Positions 20,324 through 31,687 of a stretch of DNA of 64,000 nucleotides are shown piece by piece (positions within the stretch are counted from its first letter, which is position 1; each line of letters opens with the position of its first letter). Origin of the DNA: an uncultured Spirochaetota bacterium (GTDB lineage: Bacteria > Spirochaetota > Spirochaetia > SZUA-6 > Fen-1364). Made by a program: the position numbers and the translations under genes. Below the pieces are notes generated by a model. It searched no databases. It was given only the letters and a program-made list of their open reading frames with translations, and was not told the origin of the DNA. Where the stretch lies: NCBI GenBank assembly GCA_963734545.1, contig CAVTHO010000005.1:640001-704000 (forward strand), read 5' to 3'.

Positions 20324-21364
20324 TTACGCCCTCAGCGCCTCGGGCAGACGCAGGAGCGCCTCCCGCGCGAGCGTGACCGCGTTGTCGAAATCCCCGAGCT
20401 CCATGATGGCCGCGGGGGAATGGATATAGCGCGCCGGCACCGAGAGGGTGATCGACGCCACGCCCTCCCGCACCCGCTGGATGGCTCCCGCATCCGTGCC
20501 GCCGATATTCGGCTGCTTGTACTGGTGCGGGATGCCCAGGGAGCGCGCAACGGCGCCGAAGTGCTCCACCAGCCGCGGATCGGCGATGAAGCTGTTGTCC
20601 CTGATCGTGATGGCCGGGCCCCGCCCCAGCCTCGTCGAAGGACTGATGTCCTGCTTGGCGGGCACCTCGTTCGCGCCGGTGCATTCCAGCACCACCGCGA
20701 CCTCGGGGCTTTCCGCAAAGGCGGCCACACGGGCCCCCCGGAGGCCCACTTCTTCCTGCACGGTGAATGCCGCGGAGAGGTCGAACGGGAAGCTCTCCTT
20801 CAGCAGCTCGGCCAGTATTGCGCAGCCGGCCCGATCGTCGAACGCCTTCCCCTGCACGGTGCGCCAGCCCGAGCCGGGCCCGGCGAGCACGCGGAACTCC
20901 GTGGCGAACACGGCGCAGTCCCCCCGCTGCACGAGCTTCTCCGCCTCCGCTCTGCCCGTGGCGCCGATGTCGATGGCGAGCTGCTTCCACTCGATCACCT
21001 TGTCCCGCTCTCCCTTCTCCGTCAGGTGGACCGGCTTGATGCCGATCACCCCGGGAACGCGTTTTGGCCCGACCAGTACGGCGCGCGCGGGAAGCACGCG
21101 GTCGTCGATGCCGCCGACCTTGGCAAAGCGCAGAAGCCCGTTGTCCTCGACCTGGGTGATCATGAGACCGACCTCGTCCATGTGCGCGGCGGCCAGCACC
21201 CGGAGCTTTGATCTGCCCGAGCCCTTCTTGCGCGCAATGAGATTGCCCACCGCATCGACGCGGCACTCCTCCACACGGCCGCGAATCTCCTCGAGAATGA
21301 TCGCGCGGACTTCCTCCTCGTGGCCCGACACGCCGTGCGCCTCCGAGAGCCGCTGCAGGATCAT
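20324..21364 (-). CDS. M42 (TET) metallo-aminopeptidase
   Basis: AAHMDE, FDDRAG, QEEVG, GTDAG, RYIH. Confidence 0.93.
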   Translation of the reverse strand: MILQRLSEAHGVSGHEEEVRAIILEEIRGRVEECRVDAVGNLIARKKGSGRSKLRVLAAAHMDEVGLMITQVEDNGLLRFAKVGGIDDRVLPARAVLVGPKRVPGVIGIKPVHLTEKGERDKVIEWKQLAIDIGATGRAEAEKLVQRGDCAVFATEFRVLAGPGSGWRTVQGKAFDDRAGCAILAELLKESFPFDLSAAFTVQEEVGLRGARVAAFAESPEVAVVLECTGANEVPAKQDISPSTRLGRGPAITIRDNSFIADPRLVEHFGAVARSLGIPHQYKQPNIGGTDAGAIQRVREGVASITLSVPARYIHSPAAIMELGDFDNAVTLAREALLRLPEALRA

Positions 21365-22477
21365 GCGGCCGGGCCCCCCGGCGCAGGAGCGGCGCGCCGC
21401 GGACAGCGCGTCACGGGTCACCAGGGTGTCCGCAAAGCCCGGCTCGAGCCGGCAGATGAACTCCGCAAGGAGCTTCGCGGTCGCGCTCCACGTCCCTCAG
21501 GCACACCGTCTCCACCGGCGTGTGCATGGAGCGCACCGGGATGCTGAGAAGGCCGCAGGGCACCCCTTCCCGGCTCGACCTGGATGGCCCATGCGTCCGT
21601 GCCGCTCGCCCCGGAGATGGCTTCCACCTGGCAGGGAAGCTCCATGGCCCGTGCCGTTGCCGCGAGGCGTTCGTGTATCACGGGATGGAAGTTGGGACCC
21701 AATGCGATGCTGGGACCGGCATCCATCTTCACCGCTTCGGCGGTCGAAAGCCCCGGCTGCATGCCGAACGTGACATCTATGGCAATGGCGAGCGTGGGTT
21801 GTATGCTGAATGCCCCCGCGACCGCCCCGACGCCGCCCACCTCTTCCTGGACGGTGGCCACTGCGTACACGTCCCAGTCGTGCCTGCGCCGGGAGAGCTC
21901 CTCCAGGCACAGTATGAGCACTGCCACCGCCGCCCGGTCGTCCATTGATTTGCAGGCCGCGTATCCGCCGGCAAGCGGCATCCAGCGGCCGCGCAGCGTC
22001 ACGACGTCCCCGACGCGCACGGCAGCTTCCACTTCCTCCGGCGGAAGACCCACGTCGACGAAGAGCTTCTCCAGCGGAACCGGTCTTCTCCCTTTCGGCG
22101 GGATCGGTAAAATGCGGCGGCACGCTCACGACGAGGCCGGGAAGCTCGCGCGTTCCGTGCACGACCACCTCCTGGCCGAAGAGGACACGGGCGTCGAACC
22201 CGCCGATCTGCACGACCCTCAGGAACCCCTTCTCCACCTTGGCAACCATGAGGGCGATCTCATCCATGTGACCCGCAAGCATCAGGGAAACGCGCGCGTC
22301 CCCTGTGTCCGTCCGTCCGGTTCCCCTGCGCAGGGCAATGAGGTTGCCCACCGGGTCCACCCGTACCTCGTCCGCATGCTGCTCGAAACGCTTCCTGACG
22401 AGCGCGCGCACCTCGGCCTCGTATCCCGAAGGACCGCGGGCTTCTGTAAGCTCTCTCACCAGGCTGGCGGCTTCCAT
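21361..22477 (-). CDS. M42 (TET) metallo-aminopeptidase; several frameshifts (~22085, ~21570, ~21490)
   Basis: AGHMDE (ORF 21497..22477); MDDRAA, QEEVG, GTDAW (ORF 21418..22053); the stop overlaps the next ATG. Confidence 0.88.
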
Positions 22478-22483
22478 GGCAGA

Positions 22484-22512
22484 AGGATAGCAGGGGTGCG
22501 TGGCTTGGTAAA
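22484..22512 (-). promoter_or_regulatory. Sigma70-type promoter, probably leaderless
   Basis: TTTACC-N17-TATCCT with TGn extension, 6 nt before ATG 22477, no SD. Confidence 0.55.
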
Positions 22513-22537
22513 GAACTGACGCTTTCTCCCCGCGGGA

Positions 22538-23731
22538 TCAGGCTTCAATCGGAGCGGAGGAGGGCAGCAGCCGTTTCCCGAATGCGGCCAGGATGCCAAT
22601 GCCTGCAATCGGGACCGCGGCGTATGCAAGGAAAAGCACGACGAACCCGTGCGACTCGAGAATGTATCCCCCGGCAACGCTTCCGAGAAACGAGGGCAGG
22701 CCGATACCCACGGCGTTGTAGATCGCCATGCCCGTTCCTCTCCGGTCATGTCGGATCTTGAGGTTCACGTACGCGACCGCGGAGGTGTGGAACGTGCCGA
22801 ATGTGAACGCGTGGAGGACCTGGGCGAGGCACACGACAAGGAGTGACGGGGCAATGACGAACAGCCCGAGACGCGTGCTGATGGCGGCAAGGGAGACCGC
22901 GAGCAGAACGCGCAGTCCCCACCGCCGGATGAGCGCTCCGGAGAACCACATCGTGGCGATCTCGGCGACCGAGCCGATGGCCCAGAAGATGCTCACACCC
23001 GTCCCGGGGAAGGCCTGCTGGAGGTACAGGGAAAAGAAGGAATAGTAGGCACCGATCCCGAACCTGCCCAGAAAGATGACGGCCATGATTGCCCAGAACT
23101 TTCCGTCGAACCCGTCATAGACGTGCGGCCGCGCATGCTCCCCTGTCGGAGCGTCTCGTGCCTTCCCTGGATCCGTTCTCGGGCTGGAGGGGAGCGTTCC
23201 GACGACCAGCGCCGCGCAGAGCGCCGTGACGACGAACGCGAGCAGGATGGGCAGGGAAGACTCCCCCGTGACGAGGCCGGTAAGCTGGAAGAGCAGGGAC
23301 ACCGCGATAAAGCCCACGCTCCCCGCCACTCGAAACTTGCCGTATTGCCGCGCCGGATCAGGGAGGGTCCTGCTCACAAGGGAATCCAGCAGCGGAATCG
23401 TGGCACGGAAGGTGAATCCCATCACGATGACGCAAGCGACGTACAGAACGAAGCGCGTGGAGATCTCCATGGGGATGAAAGCGACGATGGGAATCAGGAT
23501 ACAGGCCGCCAACAGCGCCTTGTACGAAGAGCTCCTGTCAGCCACCCGGCCCAGGAGGATGGGCCCGGCAAGACCCGCAATCTCGAGACAGCCGAGAAGC
23601 AGCCCGATGCGCGAGGCAGACATGCCGCGCGCCTTCAGGTAGAGCTGGAGATAGGGCGCGAGTATCCCGTAGCAGACGAAGAGGAAGAAGTAGTTCGCCA
23701 GGAATGAAACGCGGACCGGACGGGACGGCAT
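22538..23731 (-). CDS. MFS transporter (HcaT/MFS_1-like)
   Basis: YGILAPYLQLYL, YGKFRVAGSVG, QVLHAFTFG; about 12 TM segments. Confidence 0.85.
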   Translation of the reverse strand: MPSRPVRVSFLANYFFLFVCYGILAPYLQLYLKARGMSASRIGLLLGCLEIAGLAGPILLGRVADRSSSYKALLAACILIPIVAFIPMEISTRFVLYVACVIVMGFTFRATIPLLDSLVSRTLPDPARQYGKFRVAGSVGFIAVSLLFQLTGLVTGESSLPILLAFVVTALCAALVVGTLPSSPRTDPGKARDAPTGEHARPHVYDGFDGKFWAIMAVIFLGRFGIGAYYSFFSLYLQQAFPGTGVSIFWAIGSVAEIATMWFSGALIRRWGLRVLLAVSLAAISTRLGLFVIAPSLLVVCLAQVLHAFTFGTFHTSAVAYVNLKIRHDRRGTGMAIYNAVGIGLPSFLGSVAGGYILESHGFVVLFLAYAAVPIAGIGILAAFGKRLLPSSAPIEA

Positions 23732-23823
23732 GGAGCGCACACTGTAGCAGAACGCCCCCGCCGGGTCGAGTGGGCCGGGGAGAACGGCCGGCCCCAGGCA
23801 GTGCCGGGGCCGGACCACACGCA

Positions 23824-24829
23824 TTAGAATACTATTCGGAGGTTGACTGCGCCGCCGAATGCGCCGGTTGAGAAATCATATCCGCCGCCAAGATCGAGAT
23901 AAAGAATGAAAAGGTTGAACGAGACTCCTCCGAATGCGCGGAAGTCGAATCCGGTCCCGTTGGCCGCGTTCGCGGTGATACCGGTGGTCGAGAAGTCGGG
24001 AGGCGTTTGTCCCAAACCCTCGTAGTATGCCTTGATATCGGCGATCTGCTGCGCCGTGATCGGAGTGCCATCGAACTTGAGCTGCGATGTGACGCTGCCG
24101 CTCGCGGATGTGCCAAAGGAGAGGGCCGCGCCAACACCGAGATACGGCGTGATGAACAGGAGCTTCTTGCTTATCTGCGCCTTCAGCTCGATGACGTTCG
24201 TGCTCCAGTCAAGGCCGAAGTCGGGATTTGCAAGAGTAAGCGTATGAGGGCCACCTCCATCGTTGACCTGCGCAATCGTGATGTCGCTTCCCAGGAATCC
24301 GGGCACTCCGACGCTTGCCTTCATGTGATTGTAGCCAAGACCAACGGACAAGGCGGGCGTGAATCCTTCGTCCTTGAGCAGACCGTAGCGGACGTCTATT
24401 CCAAACAGGATGTAGTCGACGTCGACGGTCGGAAAAGTGCCCGGCGGGATATAGCCCAGCTTCAGTCCGATGTCGAACGGCAAAACGAAGCCGCCGATAC
24501 GCGCGTCGATGGTGTAGCCCGGGAAGAGGCAAGCCGTACTTGCTGGCGTAGCTGAAGTCAGAGGGAAGCGTTACGCCCATTGCGTCCGCAAGGGTTTGCA
24601 CGGCCCCGGCTGAAATCGTGGTCACGCCTGCAGTAATCCCCAGGCCGAAGTGGGGGAATTGACCGATATATGCCTGCGACCACCCGAGACCGGTAGACGA
24701 ACTGAAGGGCGTACCGTTGGCGAGGTCCTGCGCAAACTCGTTGAACCCGCTCTGGAAGGTGGTGTAGTCGACAGCGAATACGCTTGTTGCTGCGAGGAGA
24801 ACAATTATGACAAGGAATGCTCTTTTCAT
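23824..24829 (-). CDS. Exported protein, putative outer-membrane beta-barrel; frameshift near 24520
   Basis: Signal peptide MKRAFLVIIVLLAATSVFA; alternating beta-strands; C-terminus GAVNLRIVF. Confidence 0.7.
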
Positions 24830-24849
24830 TTTCAGCTCCTTCAACCGCA

Positions 24850-24878
24850 ATGATAGCCGTCTTGAGGGCGTTTATCAA
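24850..24878 (-). promoter_or_regulatory. Sigma70-type promoter
   Basis: TTGATA-N17-TATCAT upstream of ATG 24829. Confidence 0.55.
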
Positions 24879-24892
24879 ATCTGGAAAATGGT

Positions 24893-25864
24893 CTACCGCC
24901 CGCCTGCTGCCCGGGACAGCTCGTCTATCCGCGCGAGCTCCTTCTCCGCAAGACGGACGGCCATCGAACCCGCGCTCTGTTCTGCCTGCGCGGTCTTCGT
25001 GGCACCGGGAATCGCCACAACCGTCTCTCCATGAAAGCCCACCGTCCAGGCGAGCGCAACCTGGGCAGGACTGATCCCGTGGGCGCGGGCGATCAATCGC
25101 AGCTCGTCGATGAGCGGACGCGAGCGGGCCAGACCTGACGGGCCGAGCCGTCCCATCATCTTCCGCATGGGTGACAGCTTCTGCACGAGGGACGGATCCT
25201 CGTGGAACCTTCCGGTGAGCACGCCCTGGGCAAGCGGTGACCAGGCGATAAGAGTGATTCCGAGCCGCTTCGCGGCTTCCAGAAGGCCGTTCCGCTCGAT
25301 GCCCCTGTCCAGGAGGTTGAACCGGATCTGGTTGGACGCAAGCACGATCCCTTCCGAGGCCAGCGCCGTGTGGGCGCGTTCCATCTGTCGGGCCGAGAAA
25401 TTGCTCACGCCGACCGAGCGGATCTTTCCGGCCCTCAGCAGCTCTGCCATTTCCTTCATCTGCGCGGGGATGGGGGAATAGCTCCATGGCTGGTGGATCT
25501 GGTAGAGGTCGATTGGATAGGAGTCGAGGCAGGCAATCCGTGTCTCTATCGTGGCGGGGATGGAGCGCGCTGTGCGGAACATCGGGAACCACTTGGTGGC
25601 GACCACGACGCTCCCCGGCTTCACCGCGAGCTTTGAAAGGGCGGCGGAAAGCATCTTCTCGGACCTGCCGCTGCCATACGCCTCCGCCGTGTCGAACCAG
25701 TTCACTCCGCCCTTGAGTGCCGTGTCGATGATGGCCGTGATCGTTTCCTGGGGAACGGTGTCCCAGACCCGGGACATCCAGTTGGCGCCCTGGGAGAACT
25801 GCCAGCACCCCAGACCGATCGGGGTGATCTCGATGTCGGTCCTGCCGAGCCTTCGCTTCTGCAT
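24893..25864 (-). CDS. Aldo/keto reductase
   Basis: GLGCWQF, FDTAEAYG, ATK, DLYQIH, GVSNF, AWSPLAQG. Confidence 0.92.
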   Translation of the reverse strand: MQKRRLGRTDIEITPIGLGCWQFSQGANWMSRVWDTVPQETITAIIDTALKGGVNWFDTAEAYGSGRSEKMLSAALSKLAVKPGSVVVATKWFPMFRTARSIPATIETRIACLDSYPIDLYQIHQPWSYSPIPAQMKEMAELLRAGKIRSVGVSNFSARQMERAHTALASEGIVLASNQIRFNLLDRGIERNGLLEAAKRLGITLIAWSPLAQGVLTGRFHEDPSLVQKLSPMRKMMGRLGPSGLARSRPLIDELRLIARAHGISPAQVALAWTVGFHGETVVAIPGATKTAQAEQSAGSMAVRLAEKELARIDELSRAAGGR

Positions 25865-25875
25865 GAGGTCTCCTC

Positions 25876-26854
25876 TCAATCCAATATACACGCGGAGAGA
25901 TGTCCGGGAGAAATCTCGCGCAGCGGCGGCCGCGCTTCGCGGCACTTCGGCATTGCGTAAGGGCATCGGGGGTGGAAGTGGCAGCCGGCAGGCGGATTGA
26001 TGGCGCTGGGGATCTCTCCCTTCGGCAGGTGCTTGTCGCGGCGCGCCGTGGGGTCGGGAACCGGCACCGCGGCCAGGAGCGCCTTGGTGTAGGGGTGGTG
26101 CGGGCTGCCGAAGAGCTCGTCGCGGGACGCCAGCTCCACGATCCTTCCGAGGTACATGACCGCGATCCTGTCGCAGAGGTATTTCGCGGTTGCCAGGTCA
26201 TGAGTGATGAACAGGTAGGTGAGGCCCATGTCCCGCTTGAGCTGGCGCATGAGCTGGAGGATCAACGCGCGCACCGAGACATCCGCCATGGCGATGGGTT
26301 CATCGGCCACGAGAAAATCCGGCCGGGTGACGAGCGCCCGGGCCAGCACGACCCTCTGGCTCTGGCCGCCAGAGAGCTGGTGGGGGTACTTGCGGTAGAG
26401 GAAGGCGGCCGGGGACAGCCCCACTTTTTCCATGAGGTCGAGCACCTTCTCCTTTCGTTCAGAAGGGGTGCCGATGCCGTGGATCTGCAGGGGATGCGTG
26501 ATGGCCTGGCCGACGCTCATGCGCGGGCTCAGGGAGGAGTTGGGGTCCTGAAACACGATCTGGGCCTTGGCCCGAAGCTGTTCCAGCTCGCGCCGCGAAT
26601 AGCTCGTGATTTCCCTTCCGCGGTACTCCACGTGCCCCGAGGTGGGTTCGATCAGACGGAGGAGCAGCCTCCCCGTGGTCGATTTGCCGGAGCCGCTTTC
26701 TCCCGCAAGACCGAGCACTTCCCCTTCTTCGATGGAGAAGCTCACCTTGTCCACGGCGTGGACGCTGTGCCGCGTGGGGGAGAGAAGGTCGAAGAGGCTT
26801 CGGCGGAGCGGGAACTCCTTGACCAGATTCATTTGCCCTCACGAGGATCGCCAT
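25876..26854 (-). CDS. oppF: Peptide ABC transporter ATP-binding subunit (OppF/DppF); probable extra base near 26832
   Basis: GESGSGKS, LSGGQ, ADEP, THD, C-terminal GCHFHPRC. Confidence 0.92.
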
Positions 26855-26856
26855 GG

Positions 26857-27940
26857 TCAGTCCTTCCCCCGAGACGCCCCGGCCGCTTGAGAGGGTGCGG
26901 CATCCCCTTGAGACGCTACTGCGTCCCCTTGAGACGCTACCGCGTCCCCTTGAGACGCTACTGCGTCCTCCCTGCCGTAGAGCCAGCAGGCGGCGGCGTG
27001 CGCGGGCGCGTGCTCCAGGAGCGGGGGCGTCTTCTCCGTGCAGATGGACATGACCTTCGGGCACCGGGGGGCGAATCTGCAGCCCTTCGGAGGGTCCACC
27101 AGGTCGGGCGGGCTGCCCTGCATGGTCACCAGCTCTTTCTGGTCGAGCAGGATGTTCGGCACGCAGTCGATGAGGCCCTGCGTGTAGGGGTGGAGCGGCC
27201 GCGCAAAAATATCCGTGCTGGAGGCGACCTCCATCAACCGGCCGGCGTACATCACGGCGATCCTGTCGGCGATTTCCGCAACGAGGCCCAGGTTGTGGGT
27301 GATGAGGATGATGGAGAGCTTGTAGAGCTTGCGCAGGGCGGCGAGCAGCTCGGTGAATCCTGCCTCCACGATCACGTCGAGGGAGGTGGTGGGCTCGTCC
27401 GCAATGAGGATGTCGGGGTTCATGATCAGCGCCAGGCCGATCATGATTCTCTGCCGCATTCCCCCGGAGAGCTGGTGGGGGTATTCCTTCAGCCTCTTTT
27501 CCTCGATGCCCAGCGTCTGCAGCATCTTCGCCACGGCCGCCAGCGCCGCGTGTTTCTCCATTGCGGGATCGTGGTAGTGGATGGTCTCCAGAAAATGCCC
27601 CTCGACGGTGATGAGCGGGTTCAGCGAAGTGAGCGGATTCTGAAAGATCATGGAGATATTCTGGCCGCGCAGCTTCAGGAGGGAGCGATCGTTCAGGGTG
27701 AGGATGTCGGTGTCCCGATACAGGATCCTTCCCTCCGTCACTTTCCCGGGGGGACGAAGGAGCTTGAGAATGGAGAGGCCGAGAGTGGACTTCCCGCAGC
27801 CCGATTCTCCCACCAGGCCCAGCGCCTCGCCGTCCGCGAGCGTGAAGGAGACGTCCTCCACGGCGCGCACCACGCCGATGGAGATCGGGTAGGTGATGGA
27901 AAGGTGCTGGACCTCGAGGATGGTCTTTTCCGCCGGGCAC
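26857..27940 (-). CDS. oppD: Peptide ABC transporter ATP-binding subunit (OppD/DppD); start region probably indel-affected
   Basis: [27 protein letters not shown]. Confidence 0.92.
26900..26968. repeat. 3+ x 21-bp in-frame tandem repeat encoding (DAVASQG)n
   Basis: gcgtccccttgagacgctact-like units at 26900, 26921 and 26942. Confidence 0.9.
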
Positions 27941-28865
27941 TCATCTTTCCAGCAGCCGCGGGTTGAGGATTTCCGCCAGACCTTCGCCCAGCATGGTGAA
28001 GCCCAGGGCGAGAAGCACGATCATGAGGCCGGGGAAGGTGATCATCCACCAGGTTCCGGAGGGCAGGAACTTCTTCCCCATGGAAAGGTCCATCCCCCAG
28101 TCCGGGATGCCCGCGGGAAGACCCAGCCCGATGTAGGAGAGGGCGGCCTCGGTCATGATGGCGTCCGCGATGTTCAGGGAAAGTATCACGACCACGGTGG
28201 CGATCACGTTGGGGAATATGTAGCGGCCGAGGATCGTGCCGCGGCGCGCGCCGATGGCCCGCGCCGCCTCCACGTACACCTCCTCCTTGATGGAGAGGGT
28301 CTGGCCGCGGACCAGGCGGAAGTGGGTGGGGATGTAGACCACCGCCACCGCGAGGGTGATGTTGATGACCCCGGGACCGAGCATGGCGGCAAACGCGATG
28401 GCCAGGATCAGGCCGGGGAAGGAGTAGACGGAGTCCATCACCAGCGAAAGGACGCGGTCGAACACGCCGCCCACGAACCCCGACAGCAGGCCCAGGGGGA
28501 TGCCGATGATGGCGGAAAGGAGCGCGGCCGCGATGGCCACCCCGAGGATGGTCTGCGCGCCGTAGACCATCCGCGCCCAGTATGTCACGACTGAGGTTGT
28601 CCGTGCCCATGATGTGCGCGCGGCTGGGCGGCGGTCATCTGACCGCCTGCCTCCTGGTCCGTCGGGCTGTAGCGCGTGAAGAGGTGCGGCGAAGATGGTC
28701 ATGGACGACGATGAACCCGATCACGAGCACCCCGGCGATCAGGATCCACCACTCGGTCCGATACTTTCTGCGGGCCCGGGAAAACCAGCGGAACAGGGAG
28801 GCGATCCCCGCGGCAGGGGAGAAACGAGCCGCGTCGACGTGGGGGCGTGCCGGCTGATTGCCCAT
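27941..28865 (-). CDS. oppC: Peptide ABC permease (OppC/DppC); frameshifted in the 5' part
   Basis: MGTDNLSRD, YVEAARAIG, EAALSYIGLG, GEGL. Confidence 0.88.
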
Positions 28866-29883
28866 CAGTATTTCACCCGCGGGTCGATGGCCGCGTAGAG
28901 GAGGTCCACGAGGAGCGACACGGCGCTCACGAAGAGCGTGTAGACCACGATCACCCCCTGAATCGTCGGATAGTCGCGGAGGTAGATCCGCTCCAGGAGC
29001 AGGCGCCCCATGCCCGGCCAGGAGAAGGTGCTCTCCGTGAGGATGGCCCCGGCCAGGAGGAGGCTGAACTGCAGGCCGAGCATGGTCACGATGGGGATGA
29101 GGGCGTTGCGCAGCCCGTGATTGTAGACGACCTTCCGCTCCGGGATGCCGCGGGCCCGGGCGGCCAGGATGTAGTCGCTCTTCAGGACGTCGAGCATGTT
29201 GGCCCGGGTGAGGCGGACGAAGATGCCCGACAGCACGACGCCGAGGGTCAGCGCGGGGAGCACGAGGTGCCACATCACGTCGCCGAATGCCGCGAAGTTT
29301 CCCAGGCGCAGGGTGTCGACGATGTAGAATCCGGTCCTGGAGAAACTGGACACTTCCAGGCGCGCGCTCGTGCGCCCGGCGATGGGGAACCATCCCAGCC
29401 AGACGCCGAATATGAGCTGCAGCATGAGGCCCATCCAGAACACGGGGATGCAGTAGACGATGTTGCGCGTACAGGCGGACGGCGAAGTCCCCGCCGGTCC
29501 GGCGTCTGCGGGCGGCGTACACACCCAGGGGGATGCCGATCCCCAGGCTCGTCAGCATGCCGAACAGCGTGAGCTCGATGGTGGCCGGGAAGCTTCTCGA
29601 TGATGGGCTGGCTCACCTTCTGCTTGAAGATCATCGAGTCGCCGAGGTCCAGCCGCGCGAGCTTGCCGAGGTACTCCACGTACTGCACGGCAATGGGCTT
29701 GTTCAGCCCCAGCTCCTCTTTCTTCTCGTCGATCACCCTTTGCGGCGCGTGATCGCCGAGCATGGCGGAGACCGGATCGCCGGGCATGACGCGCAGCACG
29801 ACGAATACGATGGTCAGCATGATGAAGACCATCGGAATGGCCATGAAGACGCGGCTGATGAAATAGCTGAGGAGATGTCTCAT
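28865..29883 (-). CDS. oppB: Peptide ABC permease (OppB/DppB); frameshifts near 29585 and 29470
   Basis: MPGDP, LGLNKP..QY, DYILAARARG, RDYP, DPRVKY. Confidence 0.9.
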
Positions 29884-29892
29884 CTGAAAGGG

Positions 29893-29922
29893 AAAAAACC
29901 GGGCCCCCTCAGGGGGACCCGG
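29893..29922 (-). terminator. Intrinsic terminator / stabilising hairpin after the binding-protein gene
   Basis: Minus strand CCGGGTCCCCC-TGA-GGGGGCCCGG-TTTTTT. Confidence 0.75.
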
Positions 29923-29941
29923 AAAACAGTCCCGTGACTCC

Positions 29942-31489
29942 TTATTTCGCCAGCTTGAGCTGATCGTAGTTGAAAATCAGCGTGGGGCCGATTTTCACGC
30001 CCGTCACGTTCTTCTTCGTGAACACGTACAAGTTGCCCTGGAAGATCGGCGCGGTGGGGACCTCGTCCGTCCACATCTTCTGTATCTTCGCGAATGTCGC
30101 GTTGCGCTCAGCGTCCTTGCTGGTGGTCTGCTCCTGCACGAACAGGTCATCCCAGACCTTGTTGCTGAAGAAGATACCCATTCCCTTGGAGCCTTCCGTC
30201 TGGGCAAAGGGCGAGGTGTAGTCGTCTGGATCGATGTAGTCGGGATACCAGCCGAGGAGGAAGACCGGCATCTGCTTCTTGTTCCACTGCTGCTTGTAGG
30301 TGGCCCATTCGCGCTGACTTGATGGTGACCTTGACGAGCGGCGTTTTCTCGAACTGGGCCTTCAGTACCTCGGCCATGTTCACTTCGGGGTCGCCGTAGT
30401 GGCTCGGGGTGTACCAGAGATCGAACTTGAAGGGCTTGGCCGTGTGTAGCCGAGACCCTTGAGGAGTTGCTCTGCAGCCGCGACGTTTCCATCCCCCCAT
30501 GTGGTCTGGAAATCCTCGGTGTGATAGCTCATGCCGATGGGAATCATGGAGTACAAAGGCGCGTTCTGCCCGAGGTAGACCTTCTGGTTGATCTCGGGAC
30601 GATTGATCAGTGCCGCGACAACCTGGCGCAGCTTCTTCTCCTTGAAGACACTTTCCGAGGTCTCGAAGCAGAGGTAGCGGATCTGCGGGCCGGGAACCGT
30701 GAATGAGTTGTACTTGGTGTTCTTCATCAGGTCACTGACGTCCGAAGGGTTCATGGACTTGAATGCGAGGTCGATCTCGCCCTTTTCGAATGCCAGCCTC
30801 ATCGTTGTGGCATCCGCGAAGTAGCGAATGATTATCTTCTTGATGCCGGGTTCCTTGCCCCAGTACTTGGAGTTTGCTTCGAACACCGCTTCCTCATCCC
30901 TCTTGAAAGAAGTGAGGCGGTAAGGCCCGAGGGCGACGATCTCTCCCCCAGTCAGCTCCCCCACATCCTTGGCGATCTTGTCCACCGGGTACACGCTCGG
31001 ATCCATCGGGAAATAGGTGGGAGTGGCGACAAGGGCCGGGAAATACGCCACCGGACCCTTCAGGATGAATTTCACCGTGGAATCGTCCACCGCTTCGACG
31101 GACTTGACGTATTGGGTCACCAGCGCTGCCGGGTCTCCGTTGAGAGCAGCGACCCTGTCGATGCTCCATTTGACCGCTTTGGCCGTGAAGGGTGTGCCGT
31201 TGGAAAACTTTACTCCCTTCCGGAGGTTGAATGTGTACTCGGTTCCCGCGTCGTTGACCGTGTAGCCCGTTGCCAGCGCCGGCACGATATTCGTCGTACC
31301 CGGAGCGTAGGCTAGAAGCCCTGAGCTCACGTTCTGAAAGATTTCCCAGGTATGGAAATCGTATGCGCTTGCCGGATCCATGTCCGTGACTTTGTCCGTG
31401 GTGCCGTAGACCAGCGTGGTCGGTGCCTGAGGGGCGCACGCAATGAAAGCCAAACCAACCACGACGAGCAATACGAGCAGCTTCCTCAT
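29942..31489 (-). CDS. oppA: Peptide ABC substrate-binding lipoprotein (family 5); frameshifts near 30445 and 30310
   Basis: Lipobox-like AFIAC; YTFNLRKGVKFSNG; LGPY; GWYPDYIDP in ORF 29942..30271. Confidence 0.9.
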
Positions 31490-31520
31490 AGTACTCTCCT
31501 TTCGTGCGTGAATTTGAAAA

Positions 31521-31549
31521 AGCATACGGAGCCCACGAATAGCTGTCAA
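31521..31549 (-). promoter_or_regulatory. Sigma70-type promoter of the opp operon
   Basis: TTGACA-N17-TATGCT. Confidence 0.7.
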
Positions 31550-31597
31550 GCGTTCGCAGGAGAAAAGGGGCGGTTGGCGATTCTCAGGACGGGGAAA

Positions 31598-31650
31598 GGC
31601 CGCTCCGCGGCAAGCCGGGGCCGCTGCGCGACAAGCCGGGGCCGCTGCGC
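31598..31650. repeat. ~2.5 x 21-bp intergenic tandem repeat
   Basis: ggccgctgcgcgacaagccgg-like units at 31598, 31619 and 31640. Confidence 0.75.
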
Positions 31651-31687
31651 AGGACCGGAGAACCGGCCCTGCGCTGCATGCGGAAGG

